Shown piece by piece: positions 9,701 to 20,830 of a stretch of 64,000 nucleotides of DNA. The notes below the pieces were generated by a model. That model was not told where the DNA came from, did not search any database, and saw only the letters and a program-made list of their open reading frames with translations. Position numbers and translations under genes: made by a program. Origin of the DNA: Schmidtea nova (taxonomy: Eukaryota); the NCBI GenBank assembly GCA_044892505.1, contig CM097882.1, positions 442,742,001 to 442,806,000 of the forward strand. The letters run 5' to 3'. The number at the start of each line of letters is the position of its first letter. Position 1 is the stretch's first letter.

Positions 9701-10662
9701 CGAATACTCAGTTAAGAGCAAACTCTACCAATAAACTCGATAAAAATTATTTTAAACTCAATAATAATAGCCTATATGGTAAATCCGTCGAAAATCTGAA
9801 AAAACGGATGAATTTGAGATTATGTAATTCATCTGAAAAGATGATTATATATGCTTCAAAGCCGTCTTTCAGAAAGTCCATCAAAATTGATGACGATCTG
9901 ATTGCAGCACATCTGAATAAAGATTTAATATGCTTAGATAGACCTAGTTATATCGGTCAAACGGTACTAGATCTATCTAAGCTGCGGATGTATCAACTGC
10001 AATATATTGAATTGCAGAAATATAGGGACCTCTTTGATTGTAAGATAGGAATTGTCGCTGGCGACACTGACTCGTTCTTTCTTGAGGTTAGACACTGTAA
10101 ACTTGATGTTCTCTTACCAGCTATGATTTCTGATGATCTTTTAGATACATCAAACTATGATCCAGACCATCCATTATATTCACGACGTCTCGACTCTGTT
10201 ATAGGGAAATTTAAGGATGAAAGTAAAGGTCATAGATATGAGGAATGGGTTTTCTTGCGTCCTAAATGTTATAGTCTTCTTGGTGATGCTGAATATAACA
10301 AAGCCAAAGGGATTACACTTGGCGAGACTGAAATAAAACATCAATCTTATCTTGACTGCTATCTAAATGACCGGATAATAACTGTTCCTCAAACGCGTAT
10401 AGGAACTAAAAATCACCAGCTTTATACGATAAAAAATACAAAAATAGCTCTTAGCAATAATGACGACAAGCGCGAATGGGTGGGGAGAAATGCAAGTCTC
10501 GCATTTGGTCATTATTTAGGAATCAATGCTAGAACCTATGACGATAACATTCCACCGAATCAATTACCGGATGAATTACCAAGTCAAATCAATGTGTCAA
10601 ATAACTATACCGATTATCCGTACGATTTCGGTGAATGGGCTGATCCCTTTGAAAGAACTTAA
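6715..10662 (+). CDS. polB: Protein-primed family B DNA polymerase (pPolB), intact, 1315 aa
   Basis: Exo motifs YADFES, HNLKGYD, YLKLDV; polymerase motifs YIDINNLYG, KLNNNSLYGK, GDTDS; also GIRGG, RPKCYS, KAKG. Carries a Cys/His-rich EndoVII-like segment (CYLC..RDHDH..GAACNICN). Confidence 0.97.
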   Translation: MSGRHSTQCHKLMTVYYRQKFNGIDYYICPKCETSQSLPYSDFYSKHHEHLTQFFKSKKLIFKKCKNQSSSSIKVSTEKSSSVKISSNNVSVDNSSKNKLLNNLLNNSDVQIININNNNNNNIKKRPADKIKIIAPKKYKPEVIIISDDEEIINQIGGSIDIDDEPVVEKDLRGSRRSLTFNVESHNINQIAVTEKISVRLNKEIIKMGNVKIQFALNIEFEKDGVFKNEFLSTKAEIFSDNFLIESIRKLNNKIENFTQRGSGWIVNKIMEIHFILTKISTMNRLSGHGHFETPSPLKNKRAIINVKNSDDLCFIYSVLAITKYNLIVNNHSSASSYVPYLNDLVFDPLKDCPMKLCNIPKFENNNPGLAINVLSYNPKVIRNNNIDIEDDDYVPHHPHLEIIHRTKLNHLNPIYLLLLEDKGIFHYTAVINLQRLMNSSINSTVTNRIQSIWCPRCLNGFRIQETFDKHFNLCKNNQIGATLYSLPKNKYLEFKDYSKTVTPPFVIYADFESILPGDDRYHQKHLPISAGLLLLNNLNNSKSYYEFIGLECVLEFLKKVEEIAVTIVLPYYDLFGNTPLGPLSFAEQEAFRTCSNCYLCKKPIRNRVRDHDHFSGRYLGAACNICNISRRIRKHLPVIFHNLKGYDLHHILKYGLSDCSSWELNIIPTTTEKFISLIAHIDKLAVRFIDSYQFVSESLGNAVKTLSVFPLTSSVFTGSIMDCKGIFPFNFATSLEVLESTLELPPIWAKVSEADYLRAQQIWTENNCLNLLDYMKVYLKLDVFLLADYFQQFRAKSIAHNGLDPLNFYGIPGMSWASALMTLKEPIELLQDMEMYNFYEGGIRGGLTFVNKKYVKTDDDTELLYIDINNLYGWALSQNLPFSDFRWVHNDLDNILTECMSTDIDNLSYGYTMEVDIIVPENMHVFLDDFPVAPEKMYPPGSKVDKLMLTHYPKYNYVIHWRLLKMFVSLGVQVVKIHRAIRFKQSKIFKAYIDTNTQLRANSTNKLDKNYFKLNNNSLYGKSVENLKKRMNLRLCNSSEKMIIYASKPSFRKSIKIDDDLIAAHLNKDLICLDRPSYIGQTVLDLSKLRMYQLQYIELQKYRDLFDCKIGIVAGDTDSFFLEVRHCKLDVLLPAMISDDLLDTSNYDPDHPLYSRRLDSVIGKFKDESKGHRYEEWVFLRPKCYSLLGDAEYNKAKGITLGETEIKHQSYLDCYLNDRIITVPQTRIGTKNHQLYTIKNTKIALSNNDDKREWVGRNASLAFGHYLGINARTYDDNIPPNQLPDELPSQINVSNNYTDYPYDFGEWADPFERT

Positions 10663-11563
10663 TCTTGGCTTTATTCAAGTTCATCACATCATCAACATTA
10701 TTATATGAAAAATATTATTTTCGGCTTTAGTTTCAATAAATTTTCAAACTTAGAAAATATATTTTGTTGTTATTATTATTATTATTATTTATATTATTAT
10801 TTTNNNNNNNNNNNNNNNNNNNNNNNNNNNNNNNNNNNNNNNNNNNNNNNNNNNNNNNNNNNNNNNNNNNNNNNNNNNNNNNNNNNNNNNNNNNNNNNNN
10901 NNNNNNNNNNNNNNNNNNNNNNNNNNNNNNNNNNNNNNNNNNNNNNNNNNNNNNNNNNNNNNNNNNNNNNNNNNNNNNNNNNNNNNNNNNNNNNNNNNNN
11001 NNNNNNNNNNNNNNNNNNNNNNNNNNNNNNNNNNNNNNNNNNNNNNNNNNNNNNNNNNNNNNNNNNNNNNNNNNNNNNNNNNNNNNNNNNNNNNNNNNNN
11101 NNNNNNNNNNNNNNNNNNNNNNNNNNNNNNNNNNNNNNNNNNNNNNNNNNNNNNNNNNNNNNNNNNNNNNNNNNNNNNNNNNNNNNNNNNNNNNNNNNNN
11201 NNTTTGAATTGAAAATCAATCCTTGTTTTTCGATAAACAAAGAAGATCAAAGAAACAATGAAACAAAGACAAATTAATTTCAGCGACAACTTCGTTACTT
11301 TTCCATGACATACAAATCTGGAAGATAGCAAAATTATATGATACGAAACAACAAATATACCTGTATTTCAGTTCCAATGCAAAATTCTCTAACAAGTTTC
11401 CACAAATACTTTGATCAAAAATAAAATTCACAGTAATATACGAGATGATTCACAAGTTTACACAATAACAGGATAACACGCTTTATAACAAACTAACAAG
11501 TTCTATAACAAAAAAAAAGTAAGTTCCTCGACTGATTTCAAGGAAATTATATGGATTGTAAAG

Positions 11564-11598
11564 TAGCCAATCACGAATAACTACCATGTGATTGGCTA
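11564..11598. promoter_or_regulatory. Two inverted CCAAT boxes (perfect 11-bp inverted repeat)
   Basis: TAGCCAATCAC, a 13-nt spacer, then GTGATTGGCTA. Confidence 0.4.
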
Positions 11599-11699
11599 AT
11601 TCCATCACTGGCAAGAAAATTTACATAAAAAAAAACTGAGCTTAGAGCTCACAAAAACGATAAAATATATTGCCGACAAAGGCAAAAAAAATCGGCAGA

Positions 11700-11803
11700 T
11701 AATTATCGGCAAAGCCGATATGTCAAAAATGCCGATCAAAATAAATAATTATCGGCAAAGCCGATGTGAAAATAATTACGTAAAAATATCGGCAAAGCCG
11801 AAT
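11700..11803. repeat. Three TATCGGCAAAGCCGA mini-hairpin repeats, probably the subterminal region of a DNA transposon
   Basis: TCGGC-AAA-GCCGA seen three times, with related TGCCGA/TCGGCA motifs at about 11670 and 12355. Confidence 0.45.
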
Positions 11804-12596
11804 TATCTAAAATAATAACCGTTATATAATTGGGAAAGTTATTATTATTAAAGATTATTAAAATCAAAAAGTTTAAAATANNNNNNNNNNNNNNNNNNNN
11901 NNNNNNNNNNNNNNNNNNNNNNNNNNNNNNNNNNNNNNNNNNNNNNNNNNNNNNNNNNNNNNNNNNNNNNNNNNNNNNNNNNNNNNNNNNNNNNNNNNNN
12001 NNNNNNNNNNNNNNNNNNNNNNNNNNNNNNNNNNNATTATAAAAAATTATTATTGGTATAATTAAAATATTAGTAATTACAATTATTATTATTCATATTA
12101 TAGGGAAAATTTTTATCATTGCAAAAAAAAAATTTTTTTTTGATTGTTATTATTGTTATTATTAAATTAATTTTGTTGAAGCATTATCATTTATATTTTC
12201 CAATATTTATTAATGATCTATTATTACTATTACTATCATTAACTATTATTAGGATACTATTATAAATATTATCATTATTATTAATATTATTATTATTGTT
12301 ATTGTTGTTGGTGTTGTTGTTAATTCTTAGTAGTATGAACAGGTATAAAAATATCGGCACTTGTAGTATCTTCATTATTATTAGTTATTATTGTTGCTAT
12401 TATTACTAGCATTCAATATTATTATATTAAAGTATTCTATTGCAGTTGGTATTGAGATTACTCTACCATCTTATTTATAATCCAAACATTTACTAATAAT
12501 TATCATTACACATATTAATGGTATTGAGTGGACGATACCAGTCTAATAAATGGAAAAATAGATTCGAGGACGAATCTTAAATAAAGGGGTGAGGTA

Positions 12597-13359
12597 TGTT
12601 GGGGTTAGTATAAAAATCAAAAAAGTAATAAGAAATATCAAAATAAATAAAAGTGCAAAAATTAATTAAAATTTATTTAAAATTTAAAATTAATATTCAT
12701 CGGGGGAAATGGGTATGGTTGAATGCCAAATCAAAAGACAAACCCAAAAATAATAGTAGAAATTTAATAAGGGGTCCCCAGAGAAAGTTATTTAATAAAA
12801 ACAAACTAATTAAAATTAATTAATCGCTCAATGGGAAACCCGAGACAATGGGAAGCCCGAGGCAATGGGAAACCCGAGCGATGAGGAAAGCCCGAGCGCA
12901 AAAAGACCCGAGAGATCAAAGTCGGGGCAATTAGGGAAAATCCATTCGAGGGTAATCAAAATTAATTGTCAGAAAAACAATTACACCCGAGATTGATTAA
13001 CTTTTAGATATCGATTAAACCTAATTGCTATTTGCAAGAACTATAAAAGGCAGCGCAAAACAGAGGACGGGGCCGACGAGTGGATAGTTAAAAAGAGATT
13101 ATTAAAAAGTCTTTGAAAACAAATAAAGAAAGATCCTGGAAAAATTAAACAGACAAAGTAAGAAAGTATCCTGTTAATTAAAGAGTCAAATCCGAATCCA
13201 AAGAAAGCGTAAATTGATCAAAGGCGTGTATAACAAAGATTGTAATTTGTGTTGATCGTGAATAAAAAGATTGTTCTGTGTTGGGTTCATTGATTTCGAT
13301 AATTAAAGAGCACGAGGAGTCAGGTCAGTAAACCGATCTTACAGACTAATAACCCAACA
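12597..13359 (+). mobile_element. 3' LTR of an LTR retrotransposon with upstream polypurine tract
   Basis: Starts TGTTGGGG and ends AACCCAACA; preceded by AAAGGGGTGAGGTA; contains internal GGAAACCCGAG repeats and AATAAA. No TSD is visible. Confidence 0.7.
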
Positions 13360-15075
13360 GATTTATGATAAGGCTGACGGCAGTTCTGGTTAAGCGATGA
13401 ATTCTGAATCATTTTTCTTCCCTTTGGGTTCAATAGTAGTTGATTTAAACGTTCGAAATACGCTGGTCTCGAATGTTTAATGTTAGCTTTTTTCTTTGGA
13501 GTCATGAAGAAAAATCTACGAGAGTTTAGTGGTAAAAAGTATGTTTAATTTTTAGAAAACTAGTTTCTCTTTTAGGTGGTCAAAAACAATAGTATTTGTA
13601 GCAGTAGATTGGAAGTGAGAAGTGAGGAAGTATTTTTAATCGAATTGATAACGATTTATATATTACTTTTTGCTTGGCTTCATGGTTGATGCGATAAAAC
13701 GAATTTTTAAGGTCAAATTTTACGATTTTTCGAAATAAAATTTTTTTATTTTTTGAAAAATTAAATTAATACTTTTACATAAAATTTTATTCAAGATTCA
13801 AATAAATTTGTCAATTTAAAAATTTTAGTATTAATCAAAGTTTTTACCAATTTTGTAAATTTTTATAAATTTTTATTCAATTTATTTTTCTTTTAAATTT
13901 TATCATTTATTTTTACATAAATTGAAAATTTTTCCATAAAATATTTGAGATTTCCTAATTTGTGGATTTTTTCTGTAATTAGTGTTTTTATGTTGTTTCT
14001 GTGTTTTTCGCATGTTTACTTAATGCATTTTGTTCATTTAATTTTTATATGTGTTTTATTTAAATTTTAATGTGTTTCTGGTTAATTTTGTCTATTTGGT
14101 GTTTCCTGTTGATAATTTAAAAGACCTTCATTCGCGATATTTATGTGTTGTGTTTACGGTTAAACAAAACTAGGTTGGTTTACCAAAGAGTAATTATGGG
14201 TACACGAATGAGAAAATTTTTAATTTTCATGGTGGTTTGTGGGCTCAAGTTATCCCTAGTAATAATAATTTTTAACACCCAATACACCAGCAATTACATT
14301 ATTGTAATTTAATTCTGGTTCTTTTCTTTTGGATTTTATACAAATAAACTAATAAAATTAAAATAATTTAATGTCAATTTTTTTTAAATTTTCTATTTTA
14401 TGAGTTTTCCTGAATTAATTTCTGTTATTTTTTAAGTTTACATCGTGCTTTTTGTTCATTTTAACTTCAGTTTAGTCTTATTTCATTTTTAGAAATGTTT
14501 TCGTTAAAGATTTTATTTTTCTCAACAAATTTAAGTTCAATTTATGCGCAGTCTCTACATGCTATGCTATCGCTACGATTAAACATGTTAGATGTGTCTA
14601 GTTTTTTGCCCAACACAAAAAATCATGGCACAGAAACTAAAAACTTCAATCTAATTTATATTTCACAACATATTTTTTTAATGCAATACATTTAGAATCT
14701 TTGTGTTCTCTTACAAAAATGTGTATTTTTAAATTCAATCAAATTTATGATAAATAAAAATAATTATTTGGAAAGTTATAAGTGTTTTAATTCATATAAA
14801 TCTTATAATTAATTGAATATATTTTTAAATTTGTATTTACTTTTAAACAAAGTATTCTAAAAAGTTTTTATTAGAAAATTTACTTTTTGACTTTTAAAAT
14901 TAAATTATCTACTATATATTTGTCTTATTTTCTGTTACTTAATTATTTTACTGGTAAAGTTTGATTCTGAAATTATTTATTTATCTATAGGCTGAATATT
15001 TTTTACATTTTTAAAGTTTACTAATATATTTTATTTAACTTTAAAATAAATTTAAAGCTATTTCAAATAAATTTT

Positions 15076-15568
15076 ATGAATATAAAAATTAAATTTCCTA
15101 AGAATGTTATAGATATTTTAATTAAATTTAACTCAAGATGTATATCTAATAATTCAAATTATGAAACATTAGGTGTTTGGGGCAATAAGTTACCTTTACC
15201 AGTGAATGTGGAGCAAAGTGTGAAGCAAGTAATAGTCTTTGTCTAATTTTGTCTAAATAAGTATTTATTACGGGGTTATTTAATTCCAAGAATTGATCTT
15301 GAACATGCCGGATTTGCGACTTTACAGGGAAGACGGTGTTTAAACGAAGATCGAATGTTACTCAAACAAATTAGCAAAAATATCCTTCTATTGGCTCTGT
15401 TTGACGGCCATGGTGCACCGTCTGCAGCAGATTTTGCCCAACACTATATGGAAGATTGCGTTAAATTTTGGCTTCTCAAAAAACACAAAGATCTCAAAAC
15501 AGTTATAACAAATAGCTTTCACGATTGCAATAATTTAATGGCTCATCATTTTGTTTTCTATGGATCAG
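15076..15568 (+). CDS. PPM1K: PP2C phosphatase, PPM1K-like; first two exons only (15076-15228, 15262-15568)
   Basis: Spliced frame gives ETLGVWGNKLPLPV..LIPRIDLEHAGFATLQGRRCLNEDR..ALFDGHGAPSAADF..MEDC..GSG. It has a basic N-terminus, a 33-nt intron and a donor at 15569. Later exons were not found. Confidence 0.65.
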
Positions 15569-16170
15569 GTGATGGAATTTCTTTTAATATCTTAGTTAAC
15601 AATTTTTTTAAAATATTTATTTTTTTTAATTTTTGTGATGTAAATACAGCTAATTCTGTTTTTACACGATAAAAAGCACACGAAGGCTCTGTATCCAAGA
15701 TTCATGACCGCTGGTAGTTAGAGTAACCTGTTAAATTTCCTCATGAAATTCAGATAGTATTGTATCATTAGCAATAATTATAGCTAGATATCGTTAAAAA
15801 GCTCATTTAAATTTAACTTGGAATTATTAATAGCTATTTTATAACATTTATAGCAGCTCTTCTATAAAGTTCTCAATTCATAATTGTTTTTCATTGTTCA
15901 TATTTAAACAATATCCAATGCGCAGTGTAGCAAATTTGGCTTAGAGCAAAGGTATATTTAGGCAGATTATATTACTTAATATCTTCATTTCACAAAAGAA
16001 ATCTATTTTCTATTGTCTTGTTCACTCTATAACTATTTAAACCAAATTAACAACGATTACCTCAAATGACCTTGAATTCAATTACATGACGTCATTACAT
16101 GTATGCTGCGTGAAAGGGATGGTAAATGTTACGTAATGATTGTATAATAACATGTGTTACGACAAATCCG

Positions 16171-16210
<40 letters not shown>

Positions 16211-16993
16211 TACACAATCAATCGATTTATACAAAATATACATTATTACACAATCATGGTATAATTAAATATATTTAATAAACCTATAATTACGTAATAA
16301 TTCGTGTAATTCAATATTTTTTGTTTAAATTAAGTGAATTTTTGATCTTTGCCAATATATTTATTATTTATAAACATAACAATTTGATATTTTGACCAAA
16401 TAGGATCCAAATAAAACTTTTTATTTTTCTATTTTATTAAAATAATTATTAATATTTCATTTTACTAATTATAATACCATTATCAATTTACATTAGTATT
16501 TTACTGTATCAAAAATAATTTATTCATCAGAAAGTAGAAATAATTACTCACATTTCACTTACATGTCACCAATAATTTATAATATTATATAGTGGTATCC
16601 GCTGAGACAGAGTTCGTACTTTAATCTTTTATTCGATCTCATCTTTAGGGATTTGGCATTTACAGTCTTTCTCATTTAGAAATTACTCATCACGCTTCAC
16701 TAATTTCTAGCTTCCTTATCAACAAAACAAGTTGTATTTATTGTATTTATTGAAATGACACGACGTATTTGAAGTGTTTTTAGAAATGGAACACGTGCTT
16801 CGGTTTTATACGAAATTAAAATGTATTTCAGTAATTAATTGAATCCGTGAATTGCTTGTATGAAATAATGTTCCGTAAAAAGGTGAGAATAATTGGTATT
16901 TCAGTTTTGAAGATGTATACCGCCTATTTATAACTAAATAATAACTTTCATTTAAATCCGGGGATACCAAATTTTAATTCTTCAAAAACAATG

Positions 16994-17928
16994 TGTTGAG
17001 GATACCTAAATAGTAAATAATATGATAAATAATTAGAATAACTCGGAGGAAAACCGATAGAGTGATTGAGATAGCATTCTGGAATTTAGAGAAGAAAACA
17101 GGAAAGCAAAAAATTAAGAAATGACAAAGGAATAACAAAACAAAAGAAATTCAACAATAAAGCGGAGAAAGGTCACGTATAATTAATAAGTGCAAGAAAA
17201 CAAAACGGAATTCCAAAATTGGAAAACAAACAAAATCGGCATCTCCGCAGCTGTCAGAAATAATGTGGGAACTAGGAAAAAAAAGTATGTAAATGCCAGA
17301 GGCAGAAATAAAAGAAAACATTATCCCGAGTGCCGAACTTTCAGAGGTAACACGGAAGTTGAAAAAAAGAAAATGAAAAATGCCAGAAGCAGGAGTGGGG
17401 AAAACGAATTATCATGAGTGCCGGACAATAGCGGACTATAAAAGCGAAATTCGCCTTAATTGAACTAGAAGTTAAGTGGTGATAAAAATTGGATTATGAA
17501 AGTTGCACGATATTTGAAAAGCAGTAAAAAATTAAATTGAAAAAGCTACGTGATATTGTAGAGAACCGATATCGAGATAATTTAATTGAATGGTGTGGCG
17601 AAATTTGGGTTGAATTAAAGTTTTTAATAAAGTCAAGGCACAAAGACAATCGAAAACAATTTATCCGATTGTTGAGTCAAATCATCGGCTAGTGATTATT
17701 GGAGTGTTTGGGAATTATACACGTGGAGCTATTCCTCACGAAGTGTTGTAATAAACTCCATATAATTGCCTACTTGAGTGGTGAATCGATCGTGTTGTTA
17801 TATTTTGTGTAATCAACTGTGATAATCAATAAAGGTTTATATTTTCTGAGAATCGTTATTTTGTGGATCAAATAAAGCACGCTTTGGAGTCAAAGATTTG
17901 ATTGGTAACTTTCACCAATAGCCCAACA
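16994..17928 (+). repeat. LTR-like repeat (TGTTGAGG...GCCCAACA)
   Basis: The 3' half is similar to 25596-26095 (reverse) and 21520-21625; it has TG..CA ends and AATAAA. The left boundary is tentative. Confidence 0.5.
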
Positions 17929-18321
17929 AATAAAAAAACTTATTATCGCTGTGTTCAATTTAAAACTAAATTATNNNNNNNNNNNNNNNNNNNNNNNNNN
18001 NNNNNNNNNNNNNNNNNNNNNNNNNNNNNNNNNNNNNNNNNNNNNNNNNNNNNNNNNNNNNNNNNNNNNNNNNNNNNNNNNNNNNNNNNNNNNNNNNNNN
18101 NNNNNNNNNNNNNNNNNNNNNNNNNNNNNNNNNNNNNNNNNNNNNNNNNNNNNNNNNNNNNNNNNNNNNNNNNNNNNNNNNNNNNNNNNNNNNNNNNNNN
18201 NNNNNNNNNNNNNNNNNNNNNNNNNNNNNNNNNNNNNNNNNNNNNNNNNNNNNNNNNNNNNNNNNNNNNNNNNNNNNNNNNNNNNNNNNNNNNNNNNNNN
18301 NNNNNNNNNNNNNNNNNNNNN

Positions 18322-19280
18322 AGAACGCGCGTTTCACGCGCGTTCAATGCGTACTGTGATTTGTCTTATACAACAAGGAAGAAGAACGCGCGTTTCACGC
18401 GCGTTCAATGAGTACAGTAATTTGTCTTAAACACACACACAAGTTATCTGTGTACAAAAAATTATTATTATTAAAAGTTATATTTCATTAGTCTTTGTTT
18501 CTTTGCATTCACTTTGCAAAGTCTTTGTTAATATGCACGTGCATTGCAATGTCTTTGTTAATATTTGTTTTTGTTGATGAGTCATAACAATGAGTCATAC
18601 CAATGAGTCATACCGATGAGTCATGTAGATGAGTCATACTGATGAGTCATACTGATGAGTCATACCAATGAGTCATACTGACGAGTCATGTAGATGAGTC
18701 ATCCCAATGAGTCATCCAAATAAATCATACCGATGAGTCATTAAGAAAACAATTTAATCTTCAATGGTATGACCATTTTACTCACCCTTCAATTACCTTT
18801 TGTTTGATGTAAGGATTAAAAAGGTTGAAGGTTTTTGACCCTTTCAAGGTTCAGGACCCTCCATACATCTTCGAAAGTATGACCATCATACTTACCTCTC
18901 AATTACCTTTTGTTTGATATATAACTTGTAAGGATTGTAAAATGTTAAAGGTTTTTGACCCATTGAAGGTTAAAGACCCTCCATAGACCTTCGTGGGTAT
19001 GACAATTGGATAAACCTCTCCAAGACCTTTCGAATAATACCCTTGTTTGAAGGTTAGACCTTATTTGACCTTTGGAAATTTAAAATTTGAATTGAGTCAT
19101 CGATGACGTCATAAAATTCAAATTTGAAATGAGTCATCGATGACGTAATCGATGAGTCATAACAAAGAAAAAATGAGTCATCGGGGGGGGCGGGGGATAT
19201 GGGTGACTCGTCGATGACGTCATTGTCTTTGTTTAACGATGAGTCATGGAGCACACTTCTGTCTACTATATATATATACT
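18322..19280. repeat. Candidate Polinton terminal inverted repeat arm ending ...CTACTATATATATATACT
   Basis: Terminus reads 5'-AGTATATATATATAGTAGAC on the minus strand (AG..CT type end). Includes TGAGTCA and TGACGTCA arrays, a G-run and internal duplications. The partner arm is not in the window. Confidence 0.5.
18578..18740. repeat. 13-bp-period minisatellite, 13 units, 11 with a perfect TGAGTCA (AP-1) site
   Basis: Counted directly: TGAGTCA starts at 18578, 18591, 18604 and so on to 18734. Confidence 0.9.
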
Positions 19281-19300
19281 CGGCCTATACACGAGTATAT

Positions 19301-20070
19301 TAGGGTGACCAACCGTCCTACTTTGGGAGGACATGTCCAACAATTTAATCTCCTGTCCTCCGTCCTATCTCCTCGCCCAAAAAAACACAAATGTCTTACT
19401 TTATATATCTTCAAAAATCAAATAGGACAAATTCAAATATTTATCAATTTTAATTGCCTTTCGGTTAGTAATAAATAATAAATGTAGTTAGCTTGTTACG
19501 TAAACAAAGTCGTAAAAATTTAATTCCGTATTGTGTGTTGGATTACACACGTGAATGATACGAGCTGATTTTATTTAGATGCCTGCCGTTAAATAAAGTG
19601 GCAAAATAAATTTTTAATCAATACTTATTCAATAAGCATTGATTAAAATACTCCAAAGTTCATTAGTTATAATATTTCAGTCAAAGCAATATGTGGGAAT
19701 GTATTCAATATAAATAATATTATTATTCAAATAATATTATATTCAAATATTATTTTCAAATAGTTTCAAATATTTTCAAATATTTATTTATTCAAATAAT
19801 ATTAAATAATATTATTATTCTTCAGTAATGTCTGAAGAAGATGTGCTATTTATCCACGTATTATTATTATTTAAAAAATGTGATTTTATCATTAAGAGAG
19901 AGTATTATTTTTTTATTTTTTGTAATAACAATTTAAATTATGTACAATACATGTATTTTTTAAGACAAGTATGTGATATTTAGTTTTTGAAATTTTATTC
20001 CCCATACCCCATCCCTCCTCAATGAACTTTATCTGTCCTACTTTGAACTCAGCGATTTATGGTTACCCTA
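19301..20070. mobile_element. Non-autonomous hAT-type MITE, 770 bp
   Basis: TIRs TAGGGTGACCA / TGGTTACCCTA and a perfect 8-bp TSD GAGTATAT (19293-19300 and 20071-20078). Confidence 0.9.
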
Positions 20071-20639
20071 GAGTATATACAGTATGTAATATTATACAAA
20101 CTCGGTTACTATAAGTTAATCCAGGATGAAGCGTAGAAGTTTTGACGGTCTTCAAAAATATCATAGAACTGAATTTTATTGTATTCGTATAACTAATGAT
20201 TATTATACCAAGTCAAAATTATGAAGTAATTAATTCAATAAAATGTATTTTTTTTGTTTTAATAAACTATAGCTTTCGATCTCAATTAACAATAATCTTA
20301 TCGCTGTTGGTCAAATCTAAATTTCAATAAAAGACTAATCTAATAGATAAGACATTTTAGTTTGTTTTAATCTGGCTATTTTGTTTGTTCATTGTCAAAC
20401 TTAAAAATAAATTTAATTTAATAAATTTAAATTTTCAGTTTTACATTTCAAACGAGTTCACTTTGAGTACAAATCTAAATATTTATGATTTCAACTCAAA
20501 AGTTTATTTTATTTAAGTACACTAAAGTTTATTTTATTTAAAGTAACAAAAAATGAAAAAGAAAACATCTGGAGCCGAAAATGGAAAATTAAATTAAAAT
20601 TTTACTAGCAAAAAACAAAAGTTCTTACGGAACAAAAAA

Positions 20640-20830
20640 AAGAATCATATCCAAATGTTGAAATAATATTACGAATATTTCGAACATTTCCGGTGACATC
20701 TGCTTCTTGCGAGAGAGCATTCAGCAAAATGAAATTAATCAAAAAATATTTAAGATCGGCAATAGGCCAAGAAAAATTAACTAATTTAAGTATTTTATCA
20801 ATAGAATTTGAAGTAACTAATAGTTTCTAT
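20640..20830 (+). pseudogene. hAT transposase C-terminal dimerisation-domain fragment
   Basis: SYPNVEIILRIFRTFPVTSASCERAFSKMKLIKKYLRSAIGQEKLTNLSILSIE. Confidence 0.8.

Larger units (their letters stand above)
1..10740 (+). mobile_element. Polinton/Maverick (adintovirus-like) endogenous element, left end outside the window
   Basis: Co-oriented, overlapping genes for a retroviral-type integrase, minor and major jelly-roll capsids, adenain protease and protein-primed PolB. The packaging ATPase and left TIR are not seen and are presumably upstream of base 1. Confidence 0.95.
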
